From IMG/VR virus record IMGVR_UViG_3300028586_000778, positions 1 through 51,457 of that record: DNA of 51,457 nucleotides, one strand, 5' to 3'. The position numbers and the translations under genes are program-made. Below, in pieces: positions 43,975 to 51,457 of the stretch (positions are counted from its first letter, which is position 1; the number at the start of each line of letters is the position of its first letter). A model generated the notes under the pieces. That model worked only from the letters and a program-made list of their open reading frames with translations, was not told the origin of the DNA and made no database searches. The DNA is from a virus. Its lineage: Duplodnaviria; Caudoviricetes.

Positions 43975-44874
43975 ATGTTTTTCAAGAACCTCCAGATTTA
44001 CCGCCTCCCTGCCCCGTGGTCGATGACCGCGGAGCGCCTGGCCGAATACCTCGCGCACCAGGCCTTCGCGCCGGCGTCGAGCAACGAACTGCTGCGCCAA
44101 GGCTGGGCCGCCCCGCGCGGCGCCGGCGAGCCGCTGGTGCACGCCGTGAACGACCAGTTCCTACTGAAGCTGACCACCGAGAAGAAGATCCTGCCGGCGA
44201 AGGTAGTTGCCCAAGTTGCAGCGGCGCGTGCCGACGAGCTGGAGGAGCAGCAAGGATTCCGGCCGGGCAAGAAGGCCATGAAAGATCTGAAGGAGCGCGT
44301 CGCCGACGAGTTGCTGCCGCGCGCGCTATCGGTGTCGGGCTCCACGTGGGTGTGGATCGACCCGAAGAACGGCTGGCTGGTGGTCGACGCGGCAAGCGCC
44401 GGCAAAGCGGACGACGTCGTGAAGCTGCTGCTGAAGGCGGTCGACAAGATGCCGCTGGAATCGCTGCGCGTGCAGCGCTCGCCGGTGGCTGTGATGACGG
44501 GCTGGCTGGAAGCGGACGAAGCGCCGTACGGCTTCACCATCGACCAAGACGCAACCCTGCGCGCCAGCGGCGAGAGCCGGGCCCAGGTCGGCTACAAGTC
44601 CCACACGCTCGAGCCGGACGACGTGCGCCGCCACATTGCGGCCGGCAAGCAGTGCACGCGCCTGGCCATGACCTGGAACGACCGGATCAGCTTCGTGCTG
44701 ACCGACTCGTTGGCCGTCAAGGGCATCAAGCCACTGGCCGTCATCCGTGAGGGCGAAGTGGCCGCCCAGAGCGACGTCGAGCGCTTCGACAGCGACTTTG
44801 CCCTGATGGCCGGCGAGCTGGCCAAGCTGCTGACCGACCTAGTCGAAGCCCTGGGCGGCGAGGCGCGCTCATGA
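43975..44874 (+). CDS. rdgC: Recombination-associated protein RdgC
   Basis: MFFKNLQIYRL, EKKILPA, ELLPRA, GKQCTRLAMTWNDRISFVL, FDSDFALM..EL...L.EALGGE. Confidence 0.95.
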   Translation: MFFKNLQIYRLPAPWSMTAERLAEYLAHQAFAPASSNELLRQGWAAPRGAGEPLVHAVNDQFLLKLTTEKKILPAKVVAQVAAARADELEEQQGFRPGKKAMKDLKERVADELLPRALSVSGSTWVWIDPKNGWLVVDAASAGKADDVVKLLLKAVDKMPLESLRVQRSPVAVMTGWLEADEAPYGFTIDQDATLRASGESRAQVGYKSHTLEPDDVRRHIAAGKQCTRLAMTWNDRISFVLTDSLAVKGIKPLAVIREGEVAAQSDVERFDSDFALMAGELAKLLTDLVEALGGEARS

Positions 44875-45044
44875 CCAGGCGGCGCACACGGCGCGCGCTC
44901 GGCGCCGGCGGCGAGAGCCTGACGGACCAGGACCGCCAGGCGGTCCGCGCGTACCGAGGCAACCGCGGCTCCACGCGCTACTACCGCGACCTGAAAACGA
45001 TCGACGACAAGACCCCATCCACCCATACGGACGAAAAAAAATGA
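44871..45044 (+). CDS. Small basic hypothetical protein (57 aa)
   Basis: ATGA overlaps at both ends; MTRRRTRRALG. Confidence 0.5.
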   Translation: MTRRRTRRALGAGGESLTDQDRQAVRAYRGNRGSTRYYRDLKTIDDKTPSTHTDEKK

Positions 45045-45706
45045 CAACGACCACCAGCACGACAACTGCAGCGCCCGCGCCGGTCCTGCAGCGGCGCGCC
45101 AACGATAACCCGGCCGGCTTTTCGCCGGACTGGCGCGATGCCGAGCCAGGCTTGGCTCGCATGAGCGACGTCATGATCGACATTGAGACGCTTGGCACGA
45201 AGCCAGGCGCGGCAATCCTAAGCATCGGCGCCGTGATGTTCGGCATGGATGGTCTAGGCGAGACGTTCTACGCGCCGATCGACCTGGAGTCGTGCGCAGC
45301 GGCCGGCCTGACGATCAATCCGGCGACCGTGCGCTGGTGGATGCAACAGAGTGACGAAGCGCGAGCAGCGGCTATTCCTCCCGATGCGGCGCCGCTGCGC
45401 CAAGTGCTCATGGCGTTCCAGGCATGGTTTGTCTCGCAGGGCGCGAAGTACCCGTGGTGCCACGGTGCGACGTTCGACGTGCCGATTCTCGATGCGGCCT
45501 ACCATTCGTGCTGCCTCGCTTCGCCGTGGAAGTTCTCCGCCGTGCGCGACACGCGAACTCTTTACGACCTCGCCGGCATAAAGGTCGACCGCCGTACCGG
45601 CGTGCACCACCATGCGCTGGACGATGCAATCGCCCAGGCCCAGGCCGCCGCGCGCGCGCTGCGCAATGTCCAGGTGCATAAGACCGTGAACGAGGCGCAA
45701 TCGTGA
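45041..45706 (+). CDS. 3'-5' exonuclease, DEDDh (Rv2179c/ExoVIII-like)
   Basis: VMIDIETLG...ILSIGAV, T.RWW..QS, W.HGATFD.PIL, RDTRT, HHALDDA..QA. Confidence 0.9.
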   Translation: MTTTTSTTTAAPAPVLQRRANDNPAGFSPDWRDAEPGLARMSDVMIDIETLGTKPGAAILSIGAVMFGMDGLGETFYAPIDLESCAAAGLTINPATVRWWMQQSDEARAAAIPPDAAPLRQVLMAFQAWFVSQGAKYPWCHGATFDVPILDAAYHSCCLASPWKFSAVRDTRTLYDLAGIKVDRRTGVHHHALDDAIAQAQAAARALRNVQVHKTVNEAQS

Positions 45707-45800
45707 GCGAGCACCAGCTGCGCGCCATCAAGTGCAAGACCTTTGCCGTGGTCGCTTATGTCGCCGCGTGCGCCGCGGCCATCGTCACCGGGCTGCCGCA

Positions 45801-45929
45801 ATGATCCGCCGCATCGCCCAGGCACTAGTGTTCGTGCTGGCCTTCCTGATCATCGTGGCCGAAGTGCAGCGCGCCGAAGACGCGGACTCAGCGCGCGCGG
45901 CGGCGGCCTTCTACGGAGCGCGGCCGTGA
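45801..45929 (+). CDS. Small membrane protein (42 aa)
   Basis: MIRRIAQALVFVLAFLIIVAEV; overlapping start/stop chain. Confidence 0.5.
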   Translation: MIRRIAQALVFVLAFLIIVAEVQRAEDADSARAAAAFYGARP

Positions 45930-46111
45930 CCTTCGAAGAACTGCGGGTCACCTACCAATGCCCGGAACAGATGGCGCGCGACCTGTTCGCGCAGCTGGCC
46001 GCCTGCCAGGCGCTGCACACGATGGAGCAAGCCTTGCGCGCCAAGGCCGAAAACAAACTGGCGGCGGCTGCCGCGCCGCGCCGCACATACCGACAAGACG
46101 AGGAGAAATGA
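45926..46111 (+). CDS. Small hypothetical protein (61 aa)
   Basis: GTGA overlap; TFEELRVTYQCPEQMAR. Confidence 0.5.
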   Translation: MTFEELRVTYQCPEQMARDLFAQLAACQALHTMEQALRAKAENKLAAAAAPRRTYRQDEEK

Positions 46112-47115
46112 TGGACCGCCAAGCCAACAGCCCTGTTTCGATGGACGACGTCGCGCGCTACTTTAATGCGCCGGCCGCCCCATCGGCGCTCACCAACGCC
46201 GAAATGATCGCAGTGCTAACCGAGGTGCGCTCCTGGGCGCGCGACCTGCCGATCCCAACGCCAGGCGCGATTTCGGCAATGCAGAAGGTGCGCACGGTCC
46301 GCGATGCACTCGCAGCCGCCCCTGTCGCGGCACAAGCCGGTCAGGTAGCGCCGGCCCAGCCGCTGGCCATGGTCAGCCCGGACGAGCTGCCCGACATCCA
46401 GGCAGGCCGCGGCGCCGTGCCGGTGCGCGGTAACCAGTGGCGCGACGACCAGGCCGTTCCGATTTACGCAGCTGCGGTAGCCGGTCAGGTAGCAGTGCCG
46501 GAAGACGTCCGCAAGGCTCTGCAAACCATCGCGCGCTGGGATCTGCCAGCTACCGGCAAGACCTGGCCGAGCGGCGGCGCGGTTTCGTATGAAGCCGAAT
46601 ACGGCAGCAACGGTGCACGCGACTACATGCGCCAGGTCGCGCTCAACGCGCTGGCCGCGCTTGATGTGCCGCCAGCAGTAGCACAGCAGGCGGCAGCACA
46701 AGCGCAGTCCGCGCCTGCCGAGTCGCTCGAATGCTGGTCGCACAACGAAGAGGATTTCAACGCTCGGTCGCTGGACGAACTGATCCATGACCACGATCTG
46801 CAGCCTGGTGCGACCGTGTGGGTCGGCGAGGCTGTGCATCCGGAGCCGAAGAGCCTGTTCAATACCGATTGGCTGATCGAGAGCATGGGCGAGGCCGCCT
46901 ATGACATCGGCGGCGAGCATGCCGGCGAGGACTATCCGAACGTGAGCGACGAACAGGTGGCCGAGCTGGAGGCGCTGATCGTAGGCTGGATTGCGAAGTG
47001 CGCGCCGCCCAACTTCTGGACCGTCAAGAACGTACGCGCCCACGTCCTGACTGCTGAAGATTGCGGCGCCCAGGCATCTACACCAGACGTGCGCCAGGAA
47101 GGCGGCCCATCGTGA
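46108..47115 (+). CDS. Mosaic phage early protein
   Basis: GAGGAG RBS; modules separated by Ala/Pro/Gln linkers; C-terminal WS.NEEDF...VWVGE...AYDIGGEHA.EDYP. Confidence 0.7.
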   Translation: MMDRQANSPVSMDDVARYFNAPAAPSALTNAEMIAVLTEVRSWARDLPIPTPGAISAMQKVRTVRDALAAAPVAAQAGQVAPAQPLAMVSPDELPDIQAGRGAVPVRGNQWRDDQAVPIYAAAVAGQVAVPEDVRKALQTIARWDLPATGKTWPSGGAVSYEAEYGSNGARDYMRQVALNALAALDVPPAVAQQAAAQAQSAPAESLECWSHNEEDFNARSLDELIHDHDLQPGATVWVGEAVHPEPKSLFNTDWLIESMGEAAYDIGGEHAGEDYPNVSDEQVAELEALIVGWIAKCAPPNFWTVKNVRAHVLTAEDCGAQASTPDVRQEGGPS

Positions 47116-47477
47116 GCGACTGCTACATCGTTAGCCTGAAGCACACGAACCGCGAGCACGCCTACATCACGTTCTGGCGACCCGCGGACAAGGGCTACGC
47201 TTGGCCGCTGTCGTGGGCAGGCAAGTACGACGAGCAGACCGTTCTGGCCGCGGGCGATTACTACCACCGTGGCGACGACACTCTGGCCGTGCCGTGCGTG
47301 CTGGTCGACGCGCTGGCGGTGCCGCCGACGAAAGGCACCATCGACAACGACGCTGGGCCGGTCCTGCTGAACAACAAGACGAATTGGAAGTGCATCCTGG
47401 AGTTGGCCCTGCCGGACCCGCTGCACAAGCCGCAACCACAGTACCCAGGCGCGCGCCGCCGGAAGGAATCGAAATGA
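47112..47477 (+). CDS. Conserved phage hypothetical protein
   Basis: YIVSLKHT...YITFWRP..KGYAWPLSWAGKY; GTGA overlap. Confidence 0.7.
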   Translation: MSDCYIVSLKHTNREHAYITFWRPADKGYAWPLSWAGKYDEQTVLAAGDYYHRGDDTLAVPCVLVDALAVPPTKGTIDNDAGPVLLNNKTNWKCILELALPDPLHKPQPQYPGARRRKESK

Positions 47478-48805
47478 GCAATCCAACTGAACTGCCGGAC
47501 CTGGACACCGACAACGTGAAGACTTGGCCGGAGCGCATCTGGCTCCAGCACGGCTGCGACGAAGTGCCGAACTACGCCGAGACGCGCGGCGTCGAAGACG
47601 GCATCACTTGGTGCGAGGACAATACCGCCGCCGAGGACATCGAGTACGTGCGTGCCGATCTTGCTCGCTGCGCCCAGCCAGAGGGCGGCGGTGACCTCGA
47701 CGGCGACAACCTGATGCGGCGCTACAGCAAGCACGTGCAGGCGCTGATCGACGTCGGCAAGGGCAAGATGCGCCATGCGACTGCACTCGGCGGCCTGTTC
47801 GGTGAGATCGCGCGCCACGTGTCAGGCGCCAAGCCAGAGGGCGAAGCGCCGCAAGCCGAGGCGATTGAGCTGGCCGGTGTTCGCGAGCAGATCGAGGAAG
47901 GCTCGGGCTTTTGGAGTGCCTGCTCAGGCTGCTACGAGACCGAAGACGGCCACGCAGTCGGCCACTATCCCCACAGCGAAACGCTGGGATGCACGCTTGG
48001 CGGTGGCTGCAGTGAATGTGGCGGCATCGGTGCGATCTGGGATAACAACGACTACGAGGCCATTGGGAAAGCATGGGAGGCAGAGGAAGTCGCCACTTTG
48101 TCGCCTCTTTGTGGCGCCCAGCATGCAGAGAGCGGAGCCGTCAGTCGTGAAGCGTTTGATGCTGCCGTATCTCTCGCCGCTGAAACGATCGACGCACGAA
48201 ATGAGGAGATTGCCAATCTGCGCGCAGCCATCGCCGCTCAGTCCCAAGGCGCACAGGTGGCTGGCTACTTCGTGTTCGAACACGGGTGCTGGGCTGCGAC
48301 CAGCAGTGATGATCCGCGCGCCGTCAAGCTGTACCGCGCCGCTCTTGCTGCGAAGGCCGAAGCGCCGGCACCGCGCGTGATCGGAGGCCAGCGTTGGTCG
48401 AAAGAGGCCGAGATGACAGAAGGATGGAGCGCCGCCCAGCAAGCCGCAGCACCTGGCGCGCTGCTGGCCATCTTGCGCGACGTGCACGACACGCTGGCCA
48501 GCGAAAGCGACAGCGACATCGACCACTTCGAGGACGACGAGGAAGAACGCGAAGGCGCGCCTGTGCAGTACGCCGCACGCAAGGTCATGGAGGTCATGGA
48601 CATGCTCAAGGCCGGAACTAGCGCCCCCGGCACACCGGAAGCGCCGGACGAGTTAGAGCCGATGTGCGAAGGATGCGACAACGCCGCCACGGTGCACGCC
48701 GATGGTACGACGGGCCTGTGCCAAGAATGCGTGGCTGACGATCAGCGCGCCGCCCAGCTCGACGGCGGCCAGGGAGAGGGAGACGGTCATGCCGATCAAG
48801 CCTGA
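47474..48805 (+). CDS. Mosaic phage early protein with Zn-ribbon modules
   Basis: PERIWLQ...ITWCED...EYVRADL; CSGC...GCSECGGIG; CEGC...LCQEC. Confidence 0.7.
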   Translation: MSNPTELPDLDTDNVKTWPERIWLQHGCDEVPNYAETRGVEDGITWCEDNTAAEDIEYVRADLARCAQPEGGGDLDGDNLMRRYSKHVQALIDVGKGKMRHATALGGLFGEIARHVSGAKPEGEAPQAEAIELAGVREQIEEGSGFWSACSGCYETEDGHAVGHYPHSETLGCTLGGGCSECGGIGAIWDNNDYEAIGKAWEAEEVATLSPLCGAQHAESGAVSREAFDAAVSLAAETIDARNEEIANLRAAIAAQSQGAQVAGYFVFEHGCWAATSSDDPRAVKLYRAALAAKAEAPAPRVIGGQRWSKEAEMTEGWSAAQQAAAPGALLAILRDVHDTLASESDSDIDHFEDDEEEREGAPVQYAARKVMEVMDMLKAGTSAPGTPEAPDELEPMCEGCDNAATVHADGTTGLCQECVADDQRAAQLDGGQGEGDGHADQA

Positions 48806-49220
48806 GAACCGGAAGCGCTACCCGGCGAACTGGCCCGAGATCCGTGAAGCGATCCTGGTGCGCGCCGGCAACTGCTGCGAACAGTGCAAGGTCGCCAACG
48901 GAAAGGTGATCGCGCGCGGCGCCGGGCCGTTCGCTGGAACCTACCAGGACGACGAGGCCAACGTGTTCGACGCGGAGACCGGCGAGCACATCGCCCAGGT
49001 GCGCATGAGCGAGTACCAGGTGAAGAACATGGTCACGATCGTGCTCACCATCGCGCACCTCGACCACCAGCCGGAGAATTGCGACGAAGAGAACCTGCGC
49101 GCCTGGTGCCAGATGCACCACCTGCGCCACGATGCGAAGCACCACGCCGAGACCGCGCGCACTACGCGCCGCGAGCGGCTGGCCGTAGGCGATCTTTTTG
49201 AAGGAGCCGACCATGGCTGA
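48789..49220 (+). CDS. HNH-like protein
   Basis: MPI.PEN..RYP.NW, RAGNCCEQC, VLTIAHLDH.PENC...NLRAWCQ.HHL.HD. Confidence 0.8.
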   Translation: MPIKPENRKRYPANWPEIREAILVRAGNCCEQCKVANGKVIARGAGPFAGTYQDDEANVFDAETGEHIAQVRMSEYQVKNMVTIVLTIAHLDHQPENCDEENLRAWCQMHHLRHDAKHHAETARTTRRERLAVGDLFEGADHG

Positions 49221-49716
49221 CACCTCCCCTTACCTCGCATGGTGGACGTCGATCGAGACGGACCTGCGCAAGTCGCTGCTGGTCGGCGCGCGCCAAGACC
49301 CTGAACGCCTTCACAATCTGCTGCGAACTGCGTTCGAGGCTGGCCAGTCCAGCGCCACCCCGCCATCGCCCAGCACCGCGCCCGAGGTGAGCGATGACAG
49401 CAATCCGCTTTACCGTGTGCTGTGCATTGCCCTCGGCACGCTCGCGCTGCACGACCACAAAGAGGCTGAGCGGCTGGGCAAGATGGGGCGCTCTGCCCTT
49501 GCTTCTCGCCCTGCTGAGGTGGACGACGAAGGGCTGCCGCCGCTGCCCCTGGAGGCCGCCCGCGCGTTCAAGGGTCAGGTCGCGTTCTTCGTGAAGTGGT
49601 CGGAAACGGGCAAGGCGTTGCGCGGCGAACTTCTGCTATTCACCGCCGAGCAGTACCGCCAGGGCCAGCGCGATGCGGTGGCGGCGGATCGGGCGCGGCG
49701 CGGGGATCGATCATGA
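49213..49716 (+). CDS. Hypothetical protein
   Basis: AAGGAG RBS; LPPLP...FTAEQYRQGQRDAVAADR C-terminus. Confidence 0.6.
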   Translation: MADTSPYLAWWTSIETDLRKSLLVGARQDPERLHNLLRTAFEAGQSSATPPSPSTAPEVSDDSNPLYRVLCIALGTLALHDHKEAERLGKMGRSALASRPAEVDDEGLPPLPLEAARAFKGQVAFFVKWSETGKALRGELLLFTAEQYRQGQRDAVAADRARRGDRS

Positions 49717-49967
49717 CCTGCCGCCACATCATCACCCAGAGCCGCGTTGGCGAGGATGGATCGTGGTGCGTCGGCTGCGGCGAGAAGATCTACGACGTCG
49801 ACGAACGCGAGTGCAAGGACTGCCTGTACCACAGCCGGCTGCCCGGTGGCAGCATCTGCCGGAAGCACCTGATGGTCGTAGTTCCAGGGATGCACGTGAC
49901 CTTCCGGATCGCCGACGGGTCATGCTTTACGCCGGCGCTGCTGGTGACGGATGGGAGTGGCACTTGA
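49713..49967 (+). CDS. Cys-rich hypothetical protein
   Basis: C.H...WCVGCG...CKDC...C...CF; ATGA overlap. Confidence 0.6.
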   Translation: MTCRHIITQSRVGEDGSWCVGCGEKIYDVDERECKDCLYHSRLPGGSICRKHLMVVVPGMHVTFRIADGSCFTPALLVTDGSGT

Positions 49968-50170
49968 ACCTGGACGAGATCACGCACACCGCGCGGCACC
50001 AGCACCAGTGCGCCGGCTGCGGCCTGACCGTGCACACCGGCGAGCGGTACGTGCGCGCCCAGGTGCCGGGCGGCGGGCGCTCGGCAAAGGCGGCATTCCA
50101 CGGCAAGTGCTACGCCGGCCTGGTGGCCAGCGCCAGCACGCTGGAAGAAAGAAGAACGAAGGAGCAATGA
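49964..50170 (+). CDS. Small Zn-finger-like protein
   Basis: TAR.QHQCAGCG...GERY...FHGKC; TTG start overlapping previous stop. Confidence 0.55.
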   Translation: MNLDEITHTARHQHQCAGCGLTVHTGERYVRAQVPGGGRSAKAAFHGKCYAGLVASASTLEERRTKEQ

Positions 50171-50397
50171 TGGATCAGATGTTTCTCGACGACGACGAGC
50201 TGCGCAGCATGACGAAGCGCGTGCAGAGGGCGGCGCAAGCGAAGATGCTACGCTCGATGGGGATCGCGTTCAAGCAGCGCGCCGACGGCACTCTGGCGGT
50301 GCTGCGCGCGCACGTAGAAAAGGAATTTGGCGCTGGCAAGGAGCGGCAGTCGAAGGTGAAGGAATTTGTACCGAACTGGAGCGGGCTGAATGCCTAG
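50167..50397 (+). CDS. Excisionase-like protein (DUF4224)
   Basis: FLDDDELRSMT...AQ..ML..MGI.F..RADG...VLR...PNW; upstream of integrase. Confidence 0.8.
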   Translation: MMDQMFLDDDELRSMTKRVQRAAQAKMLRSMGIAFKQRADGTLAVLRAHVEKEFGAGKERQSKVKEFVPNWSGLNA

Positions 50398-51457
50398 AAA
50401 GCGCAACAAGGAGAATGTCGGGCTGCCAGCACGGTGGAAGATCGAGCACGGCGCGGTCTACTACCAGGTGCCGGTCGGACTGGAGGATCGGTGGGACGGG
50501 AAGAAGAAGTTCCGGCTCGGCGCCACCCTACCCGAGGCCTACAAAGAGTGGGCGAAGCGCCTGGAGTCGGTCGACCCGGCAAAGTCTATCGGCGCCCTAC
50601 TCGACCGGTACGCACTAGAGGTCGTGCCAAAGAAGGCCGCGCGCACGCAGGTGGAGAACCAGCGCGCCATTCGTTCGCTACGGGCAGTTTTCGGCGACGC
50701 GCCACTCACCTGGATCCGGCCACAGCACGTCTACCAATACGCGGACAAGCGGAAGGCAACGCCGGTCGCTGCGAACCGTGCGATCGACGTGCTGTCGCAT
50801 GCCTTCACGATGGCAGTGATGTGGGGCGACATCGACCGGCACCCGTTCAAGGGCGAGGTGCGGCTCGCCGGCGAGAAGCCGAGGGATCGGTACGTAGAGG
50901 ACTGGGAGCTGCTCGAGTGCCTGTCGCTCGACAGCAAGCACACGAAAGGGAGTGTGCTGGTGCTCCAGGCATACATTCGACTGAAGCTGCTGACGGGACT
51001 GCGGCGCGGCGACCTGCTGCGGCTGACGAGCGCCGACCTGCGCGAGGATGGCATCCACGTAACGCCGAACAAAACGCAAGGCAGCACCGGCAAGCGACTG
51101 ATCATCGAGTGGTCGCCGGAACTGCAGGATGCTGTGGCTGCCGCCAAGGCGGTCCGGCCGGTAGACATTTCACGCTGGCTGTTCTGCACCCGGAAAGGCG
51201 AAGGCTACATCAACGAGGCAAAGGGCACGGCGAGTGGCTGGGACTCCATGTGGCAGCGCTTTATGGAGCGCATCCTGGCCGAAACTAACGTGAAGGAGCG
51301 ATTCACCGAGCACGACCTGCGCGCCAAGTGCGCGAGCGATGCCGAGACGTTGGAGCATGCCCGCGCGCTGTTGGCGCACGCTGATAGCCAGCTCACGCAA
51401 CGGGTGTATCGGCGCCGGCCGGAGAGAGTGAAGCCGGGAAAACTGGCATTTGAATAG
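50390..51457 (+). CDS. int: Tyrosine integrase
   Basis: Catalytic set TGLRRGD (R), PNKT (K), HDLR, LLAH, VYRR (Y). Confidence 0.95.
   Translation: MPRKRNKENVGLPARWKIEHGAVYYQVPVGLEDRWDGKKKFRLGATLPEAYKEWAKRLESVDPAKSIGALLDRYALEVVPKKAARTQVENQRAIRSLRAVFGDAPLTWIRPQHVYQYADKRKATPVAANRAIDVLSHAFTMAVMWGDIDRHPFKGEVRLAGEKPRDRYVEDWELLECLSLDSKHTKGSVLVLQAYIRLKLLTGLRRGDLLRLTSADLREDGIHVTPNKTQGSTGKRLIIEWSPELQDAVAAAKAVRPVDISRWLFCTRKGEGYINEAKGTASGWDSMWQRFMERILAETNVKERFTEHDLRAKCASDAETLEHARALLAHADSQLTQRVYRRRPERVKPGKLAFE

Larger units (their letters stand above)
1..51457. mobile_element. Temperate siphovirus-type prophage (near complete; att sites not seen)
   Basis: Contiguous lysis, tail, head, packaging, Q, early, cI/cro and int modules. 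Confidence 0.95.

Overview
The window is almost a whole temperate, lambdoid-organised siphovirus prophage. It is GC-rich and the gene content looks Betaproteobacterial (Massilia/Oxalobacteraceae-like is a guess). The minus strand 1-26279 holds the lysis cassette, an unusually short tail-tip module, tape measure, G/GT chaperones, tail and neck genes, a 1040-aa SGNH-esterase/Fn3 protein, HK97-type capsid, S49 protease, portal, terminases, HNH, a tRNA-Gly(TCC), an inverted HigBA-type TA pair, the late promoter and a Q-like antiterminator. The minus strand 28208-38562 is the cro-side early operon (cro, CII-like, beta-clamp-like, large C5 methyltransferase, Ref-like nuclease, antirepressor, truncated replication protein), interrupted by plus-strand morons. 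The plus strand 38644-51457 holds cI, a membrane/lipoprotein cluster, then the PL-type operon (NinX-like, RdgC, exonuclease, mosaic proteins, HNH, Xis-like, integrase). Five CI-operator palindromes (WTTAGGN4CCTMAW) and the key promoters are readable. The best candidate for an undescribed system is a ~400-nt ORF-free, hairpin-rich segment (~42560-42954) driven by its own operator-covered leftward promoter, in a phage with no recognisable initiator DNA-binding domain, helicase, loader or primase: possibly a CI-controlled structured RNA or RNA-primed origin. All product calls come from motif recognition by eye; no database searches were run, and att sites appear to lie outside the window.
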